A stretch of 57,410 nucleotides of DNA, counting the filler, from Basidiobolus ranarum (Eukaryota), in NCBI GenBank assembly GCA_040143965.1. It is 7 parts of 7 records of this genome, joined end to end, with 100 filler letters (N's around TTAATTAATTAA, not from the genome) between each part and the next. Parts side by side here need not be neighbours in the genome. Positions count along the whole stretch, not along the records: positions 24,673 to 32,787 come from JASJQH010007892.1; positions 32,888 to 41,001 come from JASJQH010007893.1; 5 more parts are not named here. One strand, written 5' to 3'. Shown in pieces: positions 24,675 to 36,433 of this stretch. The translations under genes were made by a program, and so were the position numbers. The notes below the pieces were generated by a model. That model saw only the letters and a program-made list of their open reading frames with translations, made no database searches and was not told where the DNA came from. Each line of letters opens with the position of its first letter. Positions within the stretch are counted from its first letter, which is position 1.

Positions 24675-27338
24675 TTCATTAGCGACAGATCAAAAGCAGT
24701 TCTTTCTTTGGACATCATGGATGAACGTGGTCTTGCTGTTGACCCACTACTAGGGGGCTTCAGCATTGGTTTGAATGAGGCTCTAAAGAGAATGGTAGAT
24801 CAAAACCAATGGTTTAGTCTTGATGGGCACTCAGCTGGTAAGGTAAGATTGTCATTTGTCTGGAAGCCTATCGATATGAAAGGTGATGTTGCTGCACCTG
24901 GTCACCTTGCCCCACCTAATGGTGTAGTGAAATTGGATATCATTGGGGCAGAGAACCTTAAGAATGTTGAAAAGATTGGTAAATCTGATCCGTACGTCGT
25001 CGTATCTGTTTCTGGAAAGCCTCTTACCAGAACCGAGGTTATCGACAACAACTTAAATCCCACGTGGAACGAAACCCACTACGTTGGTGTCAGGAGTCCA
25101 CGTGAAGTTCTATATTTCGATGTATATGACTTCGATAAGGTCGGAAAGGATAAACTCTTGGGTACTACCTCCCTTCCTGTCAGCGAAATCATTGGCAAAC
25201 AGATCAGTGATCACCAGTGGAGTCCAAGCCAGCCTAAAGATGTAAAGCTTAAGCTCTCCCATGAAGGAAAGGAAAGAGGACAGATCCATCTAAGAGTTAG
25301 CTTCAATCCAATCACAGAGCTAGTTCCTCGACGCAAGGCCATTGAGCCTAAGCGAGAGCTGACTGATGAATCATCAGAGCAGCAGAGCTTGTCAGCCGAT
25401 GTTGCTGTACCTAGAAAGGCCATAGATTACACTAAATACTCTACTGGTCTACTTTCTGTCCTTGTTTGTCATACTACGGGCATGAGACGCCATTTGGACT
25501 CTGTATACGCTGAGGTTCTTCTCAACAATAACGAATACAACGTCATTCATAGAACCAAAACTAAGAAGAGAGTTCTGGAACCCAATTTTGATGAGGAATG
25601 TGAAGTATTTATTCAAGAATCACAGTTTGCAAGAATTTCTATTTATCTTCGGGAAAGAAATGATGACAGAGTGATCATTGCTCGCAAGACCATCGATGTG
25701 CCTACTATATTGGAGCAGATGTCTGATCCTACCAAAGATCCCAAGGAAGGTTTCTGGTACGAATTCGAGAACACCGACGGCAAGATACTGCTCAAGTTCC
25801 AATTCTCCCCGGTCGAGATACAAATCGAGGAGTCAGAAAGCTGGATAAACAAAGGACTAGTCATGGTGAAGATTCTAAAGGCCCAAGGATTGCGTGCCGC
25901 TGATTCTTCTGGAACTAGTGATCCATACATTCAGGTGAAGCTGAATGCAGATAAAGTATACAAAACGAAGGTCATTAAGAAGACACTCTCCCCAGTGTAT
26001 GGTGAAGAGTTTACTGTACCAGTTCATGCCCGTAATGAATCATCATTAATCTTCGATGTATATGATTGGAACCAGCTTCAATCGAGTGAGAAATTGGGCC
26101 ATCTTCAGATCAATACAAAAAATCTTGAGCCTTTCACTTGGATTCAAGATGACTACCCTCTGCTTGAAGGCACTGGAACACTTAGCTTAAAAATAATGTT
26201 CAAGCCTGAGCATGTAGGTCGTATGACCACCGATCGTAAACAAACCTTCCATGGAGCAACCAAGAGCGCAATTGGAAAAGGCGTTGGTGGTGCTACCAAG
26301 GTCGTTGGCGGCACTCTCGGTGGTATCGGTAAAGGAGTTGGCAAGGGAGTTGGAGGGCTCTTTGGCATGAAAAAGAAAGTATTGGATCCAGGTGCTATTG
26401 TTGCCCCTCCTGCGAACACTAATATGCCTCTGGAGACATATTCTACTCACAGTAGTATTAGCAGTACCAGCATTAATTTACCCGATACGTCTAATGTGCC
26501 AAATACACCAAATACGTCTAATATGCCAAACATGCCAAACATGCCGAATATGCCAAATACACCTAATGCTCCAACAAACGCTGAAAGCACCATCGATAAC
26601 ACAGAGCCATCCAGCCCATCCAACTTGGATGAGTCTTTATCTATGAACCGCTCAGTCAATGAAGTTGAAGAACTTGCGCCTCCAGCGATTGTTGATTCCA
26701 CACTAAACCCTGGTTTGACTATCAACGAACCTCAACCTGACATAAACTCACTCTCAGCACCACAGTCACCAGTTACCGACGTATCTAATAATAGGCTATC
26801 CATTGCCAATATGGACGATGTAAGTGAAATCTCAGGTGGAAGCGGTGGCCTGGACTATCATAGTGAGGATAATCACGGCGAGCCCGGATTTTTGACGGTC
26901 GAAATTCTGCAAGCGAAAGAGCTCATTGCTGCCGATAGTAATGGATTAAGCGACCCTTATGTTCGAGTCCGATGGGGCCGTAAATCGATTTACAAGACTA
27001 AGGTCATCAAGAAAACTCTCGAACCAAAATGGAATGAAAGCTTCACGATTCCTGTAGATGGTTCTCCAGTCAGACTTAATTTCTCTGTGCGTGATCGGAA
27101 TATTCTTCAAGATGTGTACTTGGGAGAATACGAGACTAACGCCTGGGAGCATGTTCATCTCAATAACACCCAACCTAGCGAGGAGAAATGGTTTGAGCTT
27201 CTTAAAACTGATCGGGGTAAGATTCAATTGAAATTCACATTCGCCATAACCAATACTCCTGGATCAAGCGATATGATAGACTCCCTCTCCGGTTCTACGA
27301 GGAAGAAGCTTGGCTTCAGTACTTTTAAAAGAAAGTAG
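24675..27338 (+). CDS. Tricalbin / extended-synaptotagmin family multi-C2 protein, 3' part (5'-truncated)
   Basis: Several C2 domains (GKSDPYVVV, AADSSGTSDPYIQV, AADSNGLSDPYVRV, KTKVIKKTL.P.WNE). Frame is open from the contig start. Confidence 0.9.
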   Translation, partial: FISDRSKAVLSLDIMDERGLAVDPLLGGFSIGLNEALKRMVDQNQWFSLDGHSAGKVRLSFVWKPIDMKGDVAAPGHLAPPNGVVKLDIIGAENLKNVEKIGKSDPYVVVSVSGKPLTRTEVIDNNLNPTWNETHYVGVRSPREVLYFDVYDFDKVGKDKLLGTTSLPVSEIIGKQISDHQWSPSQPKDVKLKLSHEGKERGQIHLRVSFNPITELVPRRKAIEPKRELTDESSEQQSLSADVAVPRKAIDYTKYSTGLLSVLVCHTTGMRRHLDSVYAEVLLNNNEYNVIHRTKTKKRVLEPNFDEECEVFIQESQFARISIYLRERNDDRVIIARKTIDVPTILEQMSDPTKDPKEGFWYEFENTDGKILLKFQFSPVEIQIEESESWINKGLVMVKILKAQGLRAADSSGTSDPYIQVKLNADKVYKTKVIKKTLSPVYGEEFTVPVHARNESSLIFDVYDWNQLQSSEKLGHLQINTKNLEPFTWIQDDYPLLEGTGTLSLKIMFKPEHVGRMTTDRKQTFHGATKSAIGKGVGGATKVVGGTLGGIGKGVGKGVGGLFGMKKKVLDPGAIVAPPANTNMPLETYSTHSSISSTSINLPDTSNVPNTPNTSNMPNMPNMPNMPNTPNAPTNAESTIDNTEPSSPSNLDESLSMNRSVNEVEELAPPAIVDSTLNPGLTINEPQPDINSLSAPQSPVTDVSNNRLSIANMDDVSEISGGSGGLDYHSEDNHGEPGFLTVEILQAKELIAADSNGLSDPYVRVRWGRKSIYKTKVIKKTLEPKWNESFTIPVDGSPVRLNFSVRDRNILQDVYLGEYETNAWEHVHLNNTQPSEEKWFELLKTDRGKIQLKFTFAITNTPGSSDMIDSLSGSTRKKLGFSTFKRK
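26482..26580 (+). repeat. Coding 9-bp tandem repeat (Pro-Asn-Met/Thr) in the tricalbin linker
   Basis: PDTSNVPNTPNTSNMPNMPNMPNMPNTPNAPTN, with CCAAA(T/C)A(T/C)G-like units. Confidence 0.8.
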
Positions 27339-28294
27339 TAACTATTAGCAAGCTAACCATTTGGATGGGCTGGATACACCTTGCCAAAATTGCTTCCGTT
27401 CCGCTGTCAATTTTCATTTATTTATTCCGAGTTTTTAGGTTTGCATTCAACTCCATTTATTGCCATCTTGACTGGAACCCATCTTTTTACCCACAAAGAA
27501 TCGCTACAAGATGATGATTTTATATTAAAAGCTTTTTCTTCAATTATACTTGTAAGAGAATGAGTACTGTTGTTAGTTCTTGTATATAGCCAGTACATTC
27601 CATTAGCAAATACATGATCAAATGCATGTAGGGCCTATCAATATACTAGGATGTCTACCACAGCTAGTAGAAAGAGTACGTGATATTTCTTAAGTGTGGT
27701 GTTTAGAACTTGGCCAACTGTGAAGCATGAAAACGCATGAAACTAGCCTAACCATAATCATGGGTACAACATGCGTAATCAATGCGAAAAGATCTAGCAA
27801 TGACACAGGTGAGTCTAGCAATCCCTGTGGGTAAGTGCCAGAATTGATTTTTGTAACTTTTTGGCTAGCCATGTTTCTCAACGTGGCATCACAAGTGTTG
27901 GCTTCCATATATTTAACCAAAGATGGAAATATGCAGTCACGGTTTTTCAGTTCTCACGAAGATGGCTCATGTTATGATGCAAATTAGATTAACTGCATAC
28001 ACTAAAGAAGACATACCTTTTTCATTGTCACTGAATTCAACTATTTCATCAATTTCGAAGATTCCCTATAACACGATGAAATTAGTATAACCACGACGTT
28101 CCTGTTACCCCAATTTCAGTAGATAACTTCTTAGAGTGGTATTAGCCCAATCATATCCCTACTATCTGTAATATCATTGGATCACTAAACGATTCCGTGC
28201 CTGATGAGTATTAATGAGAAGTGATTGGGACTGACAAAACCCACCTTACCACATATCCTACTTTGATAATTGCAACTTTTTACATACAAGTGAA

Positions 28295-30085
28295 ATGGAA
28301 GCAACACTCTTACGATTACCAAGAGTCAATCACTTGCTAAGAAACACTAAAATTTCATATGAACTCTCTTTACGGAACAAATTTCTACGGTATAGCTCCA
28401 CTTCCATGGCGATAAACAATGAGACAGAGCTCGAGCAGAAAGCCAAACTTGGCCGTAATTATTATGTTGTCCGCACTCCCCAGAGTCATACATTTCGGGT
28501 CAACTTAAAGAATTCCCCTAATCTTGTGGGTATACGCTCAACGAGAGGAATGAGAGACTACAACGAAGACAGATACAAAAGCTCGACCGTAAAGTTTCCT
28601 AGTCATCCTAATCAACTTTTATATTTTGGAGTGTTCGACGGGTTTGCAATACGAATATTTTTTCTTAATGTTTTCTGATTACTTATATTTTCCGTATTTT
28701 TTTGTAGACATGGCGGCTCTCATTGTGTAGATTACCTCTCAGCTCACCTTCATGAAAAAATTGAAGGCATGACAACAGAAGATGCGGAGAGAGTTGTAGA
28801 TGCTTACAGAAAATTTGGTATTCGTTGGTCTAAATATACACCTGCATATATCGGCCCGCTGCTTTATCAAAAGAAATTCTCCTCCCATGAACCTACGTAC
28901 GAAAGAAAACTTTCTCTCGAACAACGCATGGTGTTAGCTTTTCTACAAATCGACTTGGAAGTAACTAAGATTTTGAGATATCATGACGGATCTACCGGAT
29001 CTATTGCATTTATTGAACCTGTGAACGGAACCCCTTTTTGGGCTTCTCCTAAATTGAACATCACTGTATCCCACGTCGGAGATACCAGGTAATTGAGTGT
29101 TAAAATTGCGCATGGCCATTCCTATACTCAACATCGTTTGCCTTTATTGTGTAGAGTTATACTTTGTAATACTGCAAACGGTAAAGCAGATACACTAACC
29201 ACCGACCACCATCCGAGTATTAAGAAGGAATTCGACCGCATCCGGAAATATGGAGGTTTTTTCACTAGAGATTCCTTTGGAGAGGAGATGACTGTTGGGC
29301 AATTCGCCAATACCAGGGCGTTTGGTGACCCGATTGGTAAGCGCTTTGGTGTCATTGCAGAACCGGACATTATTGTACGTAAAGTAGCTGGAGAAGAAGT
29401 GGCGTTTATGGTACTTGTTACTGATGGGGTATCATCAGTCATGACTGATCAAGAGATTGTCGATACGGTAAGTAGATGATTCAACAACAGCTCCAAGAGA
29501 TATCGGTCTAACCCTAGCTTAGGTCAAAGCATGTCCTGATCCTACTACGGCGGCAATGCGCATTGTATCGTATGCCGAGCAATTCGGCTCAGATGATAAT
29601 ATTACCGCGATGGTATATAGTCTCTTTTCACTCCAGTCCTGTGACGACATAGTAACGATTTTATTCATACATAGGTGGTTCGCCTTCCCGGTTGGGGTAC
29701 TCCAATGCCAGACCTTTCATCTGACATTCGTAAATATAGATTAGAGAACTCATCTTCCAGAGGTCCTCGTATGGGGTCGGGATTTTATAATGGCCTAGCT
29801 CAAGCAGCGGATATCAAGGAGAAAACCATCAGAACCCTCTTCGAAGATGGAGTCTTTCACGAGTTGTCCGAGGAGCAGCTTCACCAACAAATAACCAAAT
29901 TTAATATCAAGCTTAGCATTGGAGTTGGCGTCTTGCCGGGAGACGAACCCGAGCACGACTCCTCTGATGATGATGTCATTTCCATGTTTTACTCTGTGCT
30001 TAATAGACCCCGATCATCCGTGTTGACATCCGCTGACGTCAAAAAAGCATGGAGCTTACTCGGTGTTTCAGCTGCTATAAACTAA
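28295..30085 (+). CDS. PP2C family protein phosphatase, probably mitochondrial (Ptc6-like), 5 exons
   Basis: Motifs RDYNEDR, YFGVFDG|HGG, HVGDTR, TTDHHP, ANTRAFGD, VLVTDGV and GSDDNITAM. The R/L/S-rich N-terminus resembles a presequence. Confidence 0.9.
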
Positions 30086-31232
30086 TTACTTTCTTCTAAG
30101 CAAGGGGCTAAAGGACACTAACATTTCATAATTTTTGACGCTGTAATATAGACATTTTCTCTACTGATCTAATTGTGTGTCCCTTTATATACCTTAACTA
30201 TAGAATCCAAAAGCGTACCATTTAAATAGTCTTTATTCTCAATTCTGGACACCAGCCTACAGGTATCGCTATAAACTCAACAATCTGTGTAGATAGGCTT
30301 ATATCACAGGAAGTCTTACGTTAATAGGAAGCAGATATATACATATATATATTCATGACTATTCCGAACCCTACCTATTAACAAGTAGGGAACTATGTGC
30401 CTGTTAACAATAATAAAGACCATGCATCTCGAGAATCGTTTTATTTTGTGACTGACTTGATGACGGGGCAAAGAAGTAGAGCGATTCTCCATGTACTTAG
30501 AACGAAAAACTCTAATATAGACATAAAACTCGGCAAAAGTAAGTTACAAATCTACGTATTGTATACGTACAAGACATGACTCTTTAGATGTACGATGATA
30601 GTAAGCCTAGATAGACTCATTGAAAGTATGAAATGTCTCGTCGATATTAAAAACTACAAATCAACTCTCCTCTCTAAATTGTACAATGAGGTTTACTACC
30701 ATCGTTAGGATTTTTTGTGTGATCAACCTCTAATCTAGAATAGTAGGGGGTTCTCTGGTAGCCTTTGCATACTGCGTAAGTGGTAAAGAATAGGAGTCAT
30801 AGTATATTAAGAGAAATACAAGTTTGTTGGGCAACTTAACCACCACAATTATCCTGGGACAGCCAGAATTCACTCAGTCTGAGTCAACTCATGCTGCTCT
30901 TAACAGTACTGATTGAAATGCAATGCCTAAGCTAGATTTGCCTTCAATCGAGCTAGCAGAGACTTTGTGTACCCATTGAGACTGAATATCAATTATGATC
31001 AAGATGGCACTGCGCTAGAATAGCTTAGAGTTAGCTGTAACAAATACAATAAATATGAAAAAAATAGAATTGTTGGCTAGCTAGCAGCTCGGGAACGCGA
31101 TGCTAGAATTGAATGGATATTACTATATTCGGAATAGAAGTAGATTTGATGGGATCATGAATAAAACTAGTTGGGGAAGTAAGGAATTCCCCCCTTTTAC
31201 TTGTTACTACTCAGTTTACGGTCTAGTTTCAA

Positions 31233-31523
31233 ATGGTGCGTTCATCCAACAACTTATCCATCCATCAGCACCTTCAAGGTCACTAGTAAATTTTCACTGC
31301 TAACTAGTCTTTTGAAATGTAGGAAAAACAAGCACCCGTCAAGCACGCAAAGGTCATCAAGGTCCTCGGCCGTACCGGCTCCCGCGGTGGTGTCACCCAG
31401 GTTCGTGTTGAATTCATGGACGATACCTCTCGCTCTATCATCCGTAACGTTAAGGGCCCAGTTCGTGAAAACGATATTTTGGTTCTTATGGAATCCGAGC
31501 GTGAAGCTAGACGTCTTCGCTAA
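31233..31523 (+). CDS. RPS28: 40S ribosomal protein S28 (eS28); first coding exon is the ATG alone
   Basis: ATG at 31233-31235, intron 31236-31322 (GTGCGT...CTAAC...TAG), then [66 protein letters not shown]. Confidence 0.97.
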
Positions 31524-32603
31524 GCTTTCGTCCATCACTACAGAATCTTTTAGAAATAAAAACAGCTCATAACAGAAATCAACTGTTGTTGCCAATATCC
31601 AGACCAGGCGAAATTACGTCGTTTTCATTGTTTCTTCTTGGATTTGTAAATTCTCCATAGCACCGGCAGCACAGATACAGATTGCCGGGTATAAATAGAG
31701 AACCTCCTCGCATGTAAATCGTAGACGAGTATGGTTGATAATCGTTATATATGTGAGAGGCCTTCGAAGGACGGAGATCGCCGTTGCTGGGTGGCAAGGT
31801 CATGCTTCATCAATTGTCCACTTGCATGGTCACTTTCTCTGAGTTGCACGTTCAGTCATTCTGACTAAGGATTTGTGGAAGTTTCGGAATGATGTCGCAG
31901 AGTAATTTAAATCCTGCTCGCCTACAGGTACTTCGGTGCATTCATGTTCTCTCACCCCATTATGATTCTAAAGAGGGCCCCACAAAAACATTGGATACTG
32001 CCTTCTTAGCCTATGTTGTAAGCAAATCGATTTCATGAGAAACAGAACATCCCTAAACCTAAATGATGACGTGATCGTTCTCTCAGAATGAGGTTGGCCT
32101 GCTTGATTAGAGTGAGAGGTGTGCGTGTGCGTGCCAGTGTCACCCAGTGAAGCCCCCTTGACAGGATTTTATGTTGATGATTTATATTCCTTATCCTTTG
32201 GTTGGCTGGTAATTTTCACCTGCTATGTAAGAGAAACAACCCAAAGAATAAGCCACGTTTCTCTTGAACAACAATGCAAAGATCAAGAATTGGAGTGGAA
32301 ATATGATATTAAATATTGGCTGAATTTGGCACATGCCGAACAAATAGGAATCGATCCTACTTACTGTCAAGCCAACTCTGATGTCAACTCAAGCTGATGC
32401 AGCAGCGCTCCAATAATTGTAATTTCTTCGACCATTCCACAATACTACTTTATCTGTTGTCTCAGTCACCTTCTGTTTAGAATACACTTTTGGGAAAGCC
32501 ACCTCAGAGACTGCTTTCACCTGATCCCCTTTGCCAAACACCCTAGTGGTAGAAGCCTTGTGATTATAGCGATTCTTTAGTATTTGTACTATAGCTAGCT
32601 ACA

Positions 32604-32787
32604 ATGAGTGAATCTTCCTCACACAGCCCATTGGTATCGGCTAAACATCAACAGAGCAATACCAGAAACCCGACTTTTAACCAAAATGAACTTGATTTTA
32701 CACCCAAACGTAGTCCACCACCCCCACCCAAACTATCAAAGCCGGATTCCGCTAGAGTGCGTCATCGCTTTGGCCCCAAATCCGCTT
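32604..32787 (+). CDS. Possible 5' end of an unknown gene with a disordered Pro-rich N-terminus, cut by the contig end
   Basis: ACAATG start context; open frame MSESSSHSP...SPPPPPKLSKP up to the linker. Confidence 0.4.
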
Positions 32788-32887
32788 NNNNNNNNNNNNN
32801 NNNNNNNNNNNNNNNNNNNNNNNNNNNNNNNTTAATTAATTAANNNNNNNNNNNNNNNNNNNNNNNNNNNNNNNNNNNNNNNNNNNN
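32788..32887. other. Artificial contig linker
   Basis: N-TTAATTAATTAA-N, 100 nt. Confidence 0.98.
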
Positions 32888-34047
32888 CAAGACCCAAACA
32901 AAAAGAGAAAACTAGCATTTTCAAATTTGATCAGAACTGACGGTTTCACTGCAGATGTTGTCCTTCAAAAAAGTGTCAAAACAAATATTGATGACTATGC
33001 TCATTATTCTGGCCAAGATCTTGACATTTCGCTGGTGGGTGATGTTATGAAAAACGAAAACATGAACGATGTTTCTCTTTGTGCAATAGATCTTAATCGA
33101 AACCAAGTATTCGCTGCCTCGTATGGTGATGGTGATATTTCTCACCAGCTTAGAAGGTGTTCTACTTTGGAGTACTATACATACACAGGCTCCAAAAGGC
33201 ATGCAAAGCGGGAAATGGAAATAATGTGTGTTGAAGATATGAGCACCATTTTTAACCAACAGCAAAAACAGTTAACACTTCGTCATACTTACAATATGTC
33301 ACTTACATTTTGCTGCACCTTCAGAAAATACTGGCATTCAATCACCATTCTAGAGCCAAGAATCGTTTTCATTTGTACCAAGGCGTGCAAAGGGCTAGAC
33401 AAGAAATGGTAAACATTTTGGTTAACAGTGGTAGAAAGTATAATAAATCAAAACGAAAAAACACAAAGAAGAATAGGAAGAAAAGAAAGAGGGAATAAGA
33501 AAGAAACATGCAAACTATAGCAGTAAACAAGAAGCACAAATAAATTCAAAGTCCAGGAAAGATAGAAGTGATTACCATATTCATTTTAGTGTTTTTTTAG
33601 AAGAGCCACCAGATACTGGAAGCCAGAGCAATTCTAACAACATAAAGACAAGTTGTCCATCATATCTTCCGGTAATGGAATGTTTGGAAAAGATTCAGTC
33701 AAGTTCAACGGCCTCAGAACTGGGGTCACTGGGGTACTTGGGCGTCAGCTTAAATACAGACAAAAATCTGATGATTTATTACTTGCTATTGTAGACGAAT
33801 TTCGTACTTCACAGTCTGTTTTTATTTTACGATTATACATCTAACACTTTTACTCATATAGACATGCCATTCATGTAATGAAATGTCTCCCATTGAAGTA
33901 ATCACTGATTTAAATAGTGTTCTCACTTGCAAAAGTTGCGGAATGATATAGCAACGTGATGTCAATGCTTCAAAGGACATCTTCAAGATTTCCAAAGACG
34001 TAATCAGAGGTCATGGGCGCCCAACAGCGTTTTCTCGAAGTCAGTAA
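32888..34047 (+). pseudogene. Degenerate Fanzor (eukaryotic TnpB-like RNA-guided nuclease), relic B; 5'-truncated by the contig start
   Basis: FSNLIRTDGF...CAIDLNRNQVF (RuvC-I D, 33089-91)...RRCSTLEYYTYTG /frameshift/ TAKT...RFHLYQGVQRARQEMVNIL...IISSGNGMFG...AIVDEFRTSQ (RuvC-II E, 33797-99) [intron relic to 33861] TCHSC...LTCKSCGMI*QRDVNASKDI (RuvC-III D, 33958-60)...GHGRPTAFSRSQ*. Confidence 0.9.
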
Positions 34048-34241
34048 CTTCTGTTACCGTTTTTACTACATTGCCGTCTCGAACACGATTTCTCTTTTCA
34101 AAGAGATTTAGATTTTTACAGGTAAATTGTCTACAAAATATTCCTTATTTGTCTAAAAACTAACATTGTTTCGTCTCAAATCAAATTCTCATTCGTCTAA
34201 AAAGATTTCCATTCGTCTCAATTTTAGGTTTAAATACTGTA
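34048..34241 (+). mobile_element. Tc1/mariner-type right end (TIR region plus TA target site) of the Fanzor-carrying element; candidate omegaRNA region
   Basis: Ends ...TTTTAGGTTTAAATACTG|TA, which reads TA|CAGT from outside. Five TT(C)GTCT-core repeats at a 20-22-nt period (34127-34221). Hairpin TCTCTT-ttca-AAGAGA at 34091-34106. Confidence 0.7.
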
Positions 34242-35390
34242 CTCTTGCATATTTCAAGCAATGAGAGAATTAAATAAAATATAAATTTCCTTGTTACATA
34301 TGAAAACTCATTTGACCAGAGCTGATTGAGATTACGCTAAGTAAGGCATGATGTATACTTTGTACATGTTTAATTTGGCATACAATAGGACTGTTTCCAA
34401 AAGGAATGGTGCATAAGTTGGGTGGACCAACTAGTATGCCAACAGCTATTCGACGGTACATAGTTTCCGTAGTCGTTACCAGGCTCTAAGTATGGAACAT
34501 TCCATGTTGTTGGGAGGGGGGAGGAGGAGTTGATGAGCACATCCTTTTTGCTCACTCAATTTACAACTTTGCATTCAGCTTTCAGCTCGTGTTGCATAAG
34601 CATCTAGCTGTCTTTCTGAAATTGAGCATCGGCTATAGTAGTGTGTATACAGCTCAAATGGAACATAGTGAAATAAAGGACAATCTCATACGCAAAAGCG
34701 TAGTATTGTCATAGCAATTGGTGGTTAAAAACATGGCTGGCATAGTACGATGAAAAGCTTATGTATGGCTATAGTTATCCATTCTGTTTCGCTTATTACA
34801 GTCGCTATTGATAGTTGCTAATCAACAATCAAATATATATGTGAGATCAATTTGTGGGCTAGAATGAAGTGGTCCAGTCAAACCGCGGTTATTGTTTGAA
34901 GGAATAAGCAGCGGTGATGTAACTTGTACTAATAGCCAATTTATCGCCGATAAATCATCTCAAACAAATTCAACACAATAACCTATAGTTCGGGAAAATA
35001 AGTTCTCCAACTATGTTAAGAGAGAGGGACATGAAACAGCATATCTATTTATATGTAGAGGCGGCCGCTTGGATTCCGGCAGCACTGGTTGACTGTTGGC
35101 TTCTACTTCTTTCTTTTCATAACACACCTCGTCTATCCCTTTATTGAAGTCCACTCGATTTCATATCTTAATTCAGTAATTTCGTGACATACAAATTCAG
35201 CACCTCAAACTCAGAGTGTTGATAAGTCTGAAAGCTACTCCTTCTCCCATAGAGAATATACATTGACCGATAACGTATATTTAATCATATATCTTATACG
35301 AGATAGTTGCCGTCTCTTTCATTCCACTCTAACGACATAAAAGGAGTCAAAGCCTAAATCACGTATTGCTTCATAGAAGTTATTCGAGTT

Positions 35391-36433
35391 ATGATTGACC
35401 AACCTACTTCTTCATCGGCTCAAAACATCTTGACCAAGTATTTTCGTCGATCTACCGCTTCCAACTCTGATCTTAAGTCTAGTTGTGTGGCTTCTAGTAC
35501 AACCAGTCGCTCCTCCAAAACCTTAAATCCTGATAATTCACAAGACCCAGCATATCAACTTAGACGACATCTGATAGGTACGCTCATTTCTTACTTATGG
35601 CGTATATACTATGATAATCGAAGTTTCTCCCAACTAACGTGAATATGTATATGTTTGTATGTTTAGAAATTGCTGCTAAGATAGTTAACTGCTTGTTTCA
35701 GTGTGGAAGACCAAAATCAAAAGAGCCAGGAGAGCACGATCTTCCCAAATTAACCGATTTTATCTATCGCCTCTTACGCCGAACAAACCTATCCAACAAT
35801 AACCTTTTGACTGCCCTGATCTATCTCATCCGACTTAAACAACGACATCCAGGCTGCAAAGGAGCATACGGCTCAGGCCATCGATTATTTTTAGCTGCCT
35901 TGATCAGTGCTAACAAATATCTCCATGACGATGCCTACCACAATAAATCGTGGGCAATTGTAGCAAATGGCTTATTTAACTTGGAAGAAATTAACCAAAT
36001 GGAATCAGAACTGCTGTTCTATTTAAACTTCAAGCTAGTTGTCACAAAGGACCAATGGCTAGATTTCCTGAGGCTGATGGAGCCAAAGGTTTTGAAGTGC
36101 TGGAATCGTAATGATTATAACGGTCCAGATAACTATCTTTTCGACTCCTGTACGGCTAATATCGACGGTCCTCTGGGAAATATAAACGACGCCAATAACG
36201 GTACATCCCCCCATCACTCTCTTTCTGAAATCATGAAACTAACCGTATTTCTGAAAGCAGCACCAGTAGAAAACCATTCATCTATCGCCTCCAAGCGTGC
36301 AAAGCTAAGCACAACCATAGAGAACTTAGACCTTGCCTTGTTAAGTGGAGGTAAAGCACGACGTACCAGTATTCCAAGTCTGCCACCGGTGTGGGAGCTC
36401 CTATCACAGAAGAATTCAGCCAAATATGCTTAG
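35391..36433 (+). CDS. Pho85-type (Pcl/Pho80 family) cyclin, 2 exons
   Basis: Intron 35578-35666. Cyclin box LPKLTDFIYRLL...LLTALIYLIRLK...HRLFLAALISANKYLHDDAYHNKSWA...EINQMESELLFYLNFKL. Confidence 0.9.

Noticed and set aside
25211-27227. Multiple antisense ORFs over tricalbin (similar ones lie over the kelch, PP2C, RPS28, F-box and NTF2 genes)
   Set aside because: Shadow ORFs of real coding strands, with no recognisable domains.
31524-32400. Possible snoRNA or structured RPS28 3' UTR (ATGATGA box-C-like at about 32063)
   Set aside because: I found no convincing terminal stem, box D pairing or rRNA-complementary guide.
34127-34221. CRISPR-like mini-array next to a Cas12-related nuclease
   Set aside because: Repeats are only about 10 nt and degenerate, with 10-12-nt spacers, and sit in a transposon end; subterminal binding sites explain them better.
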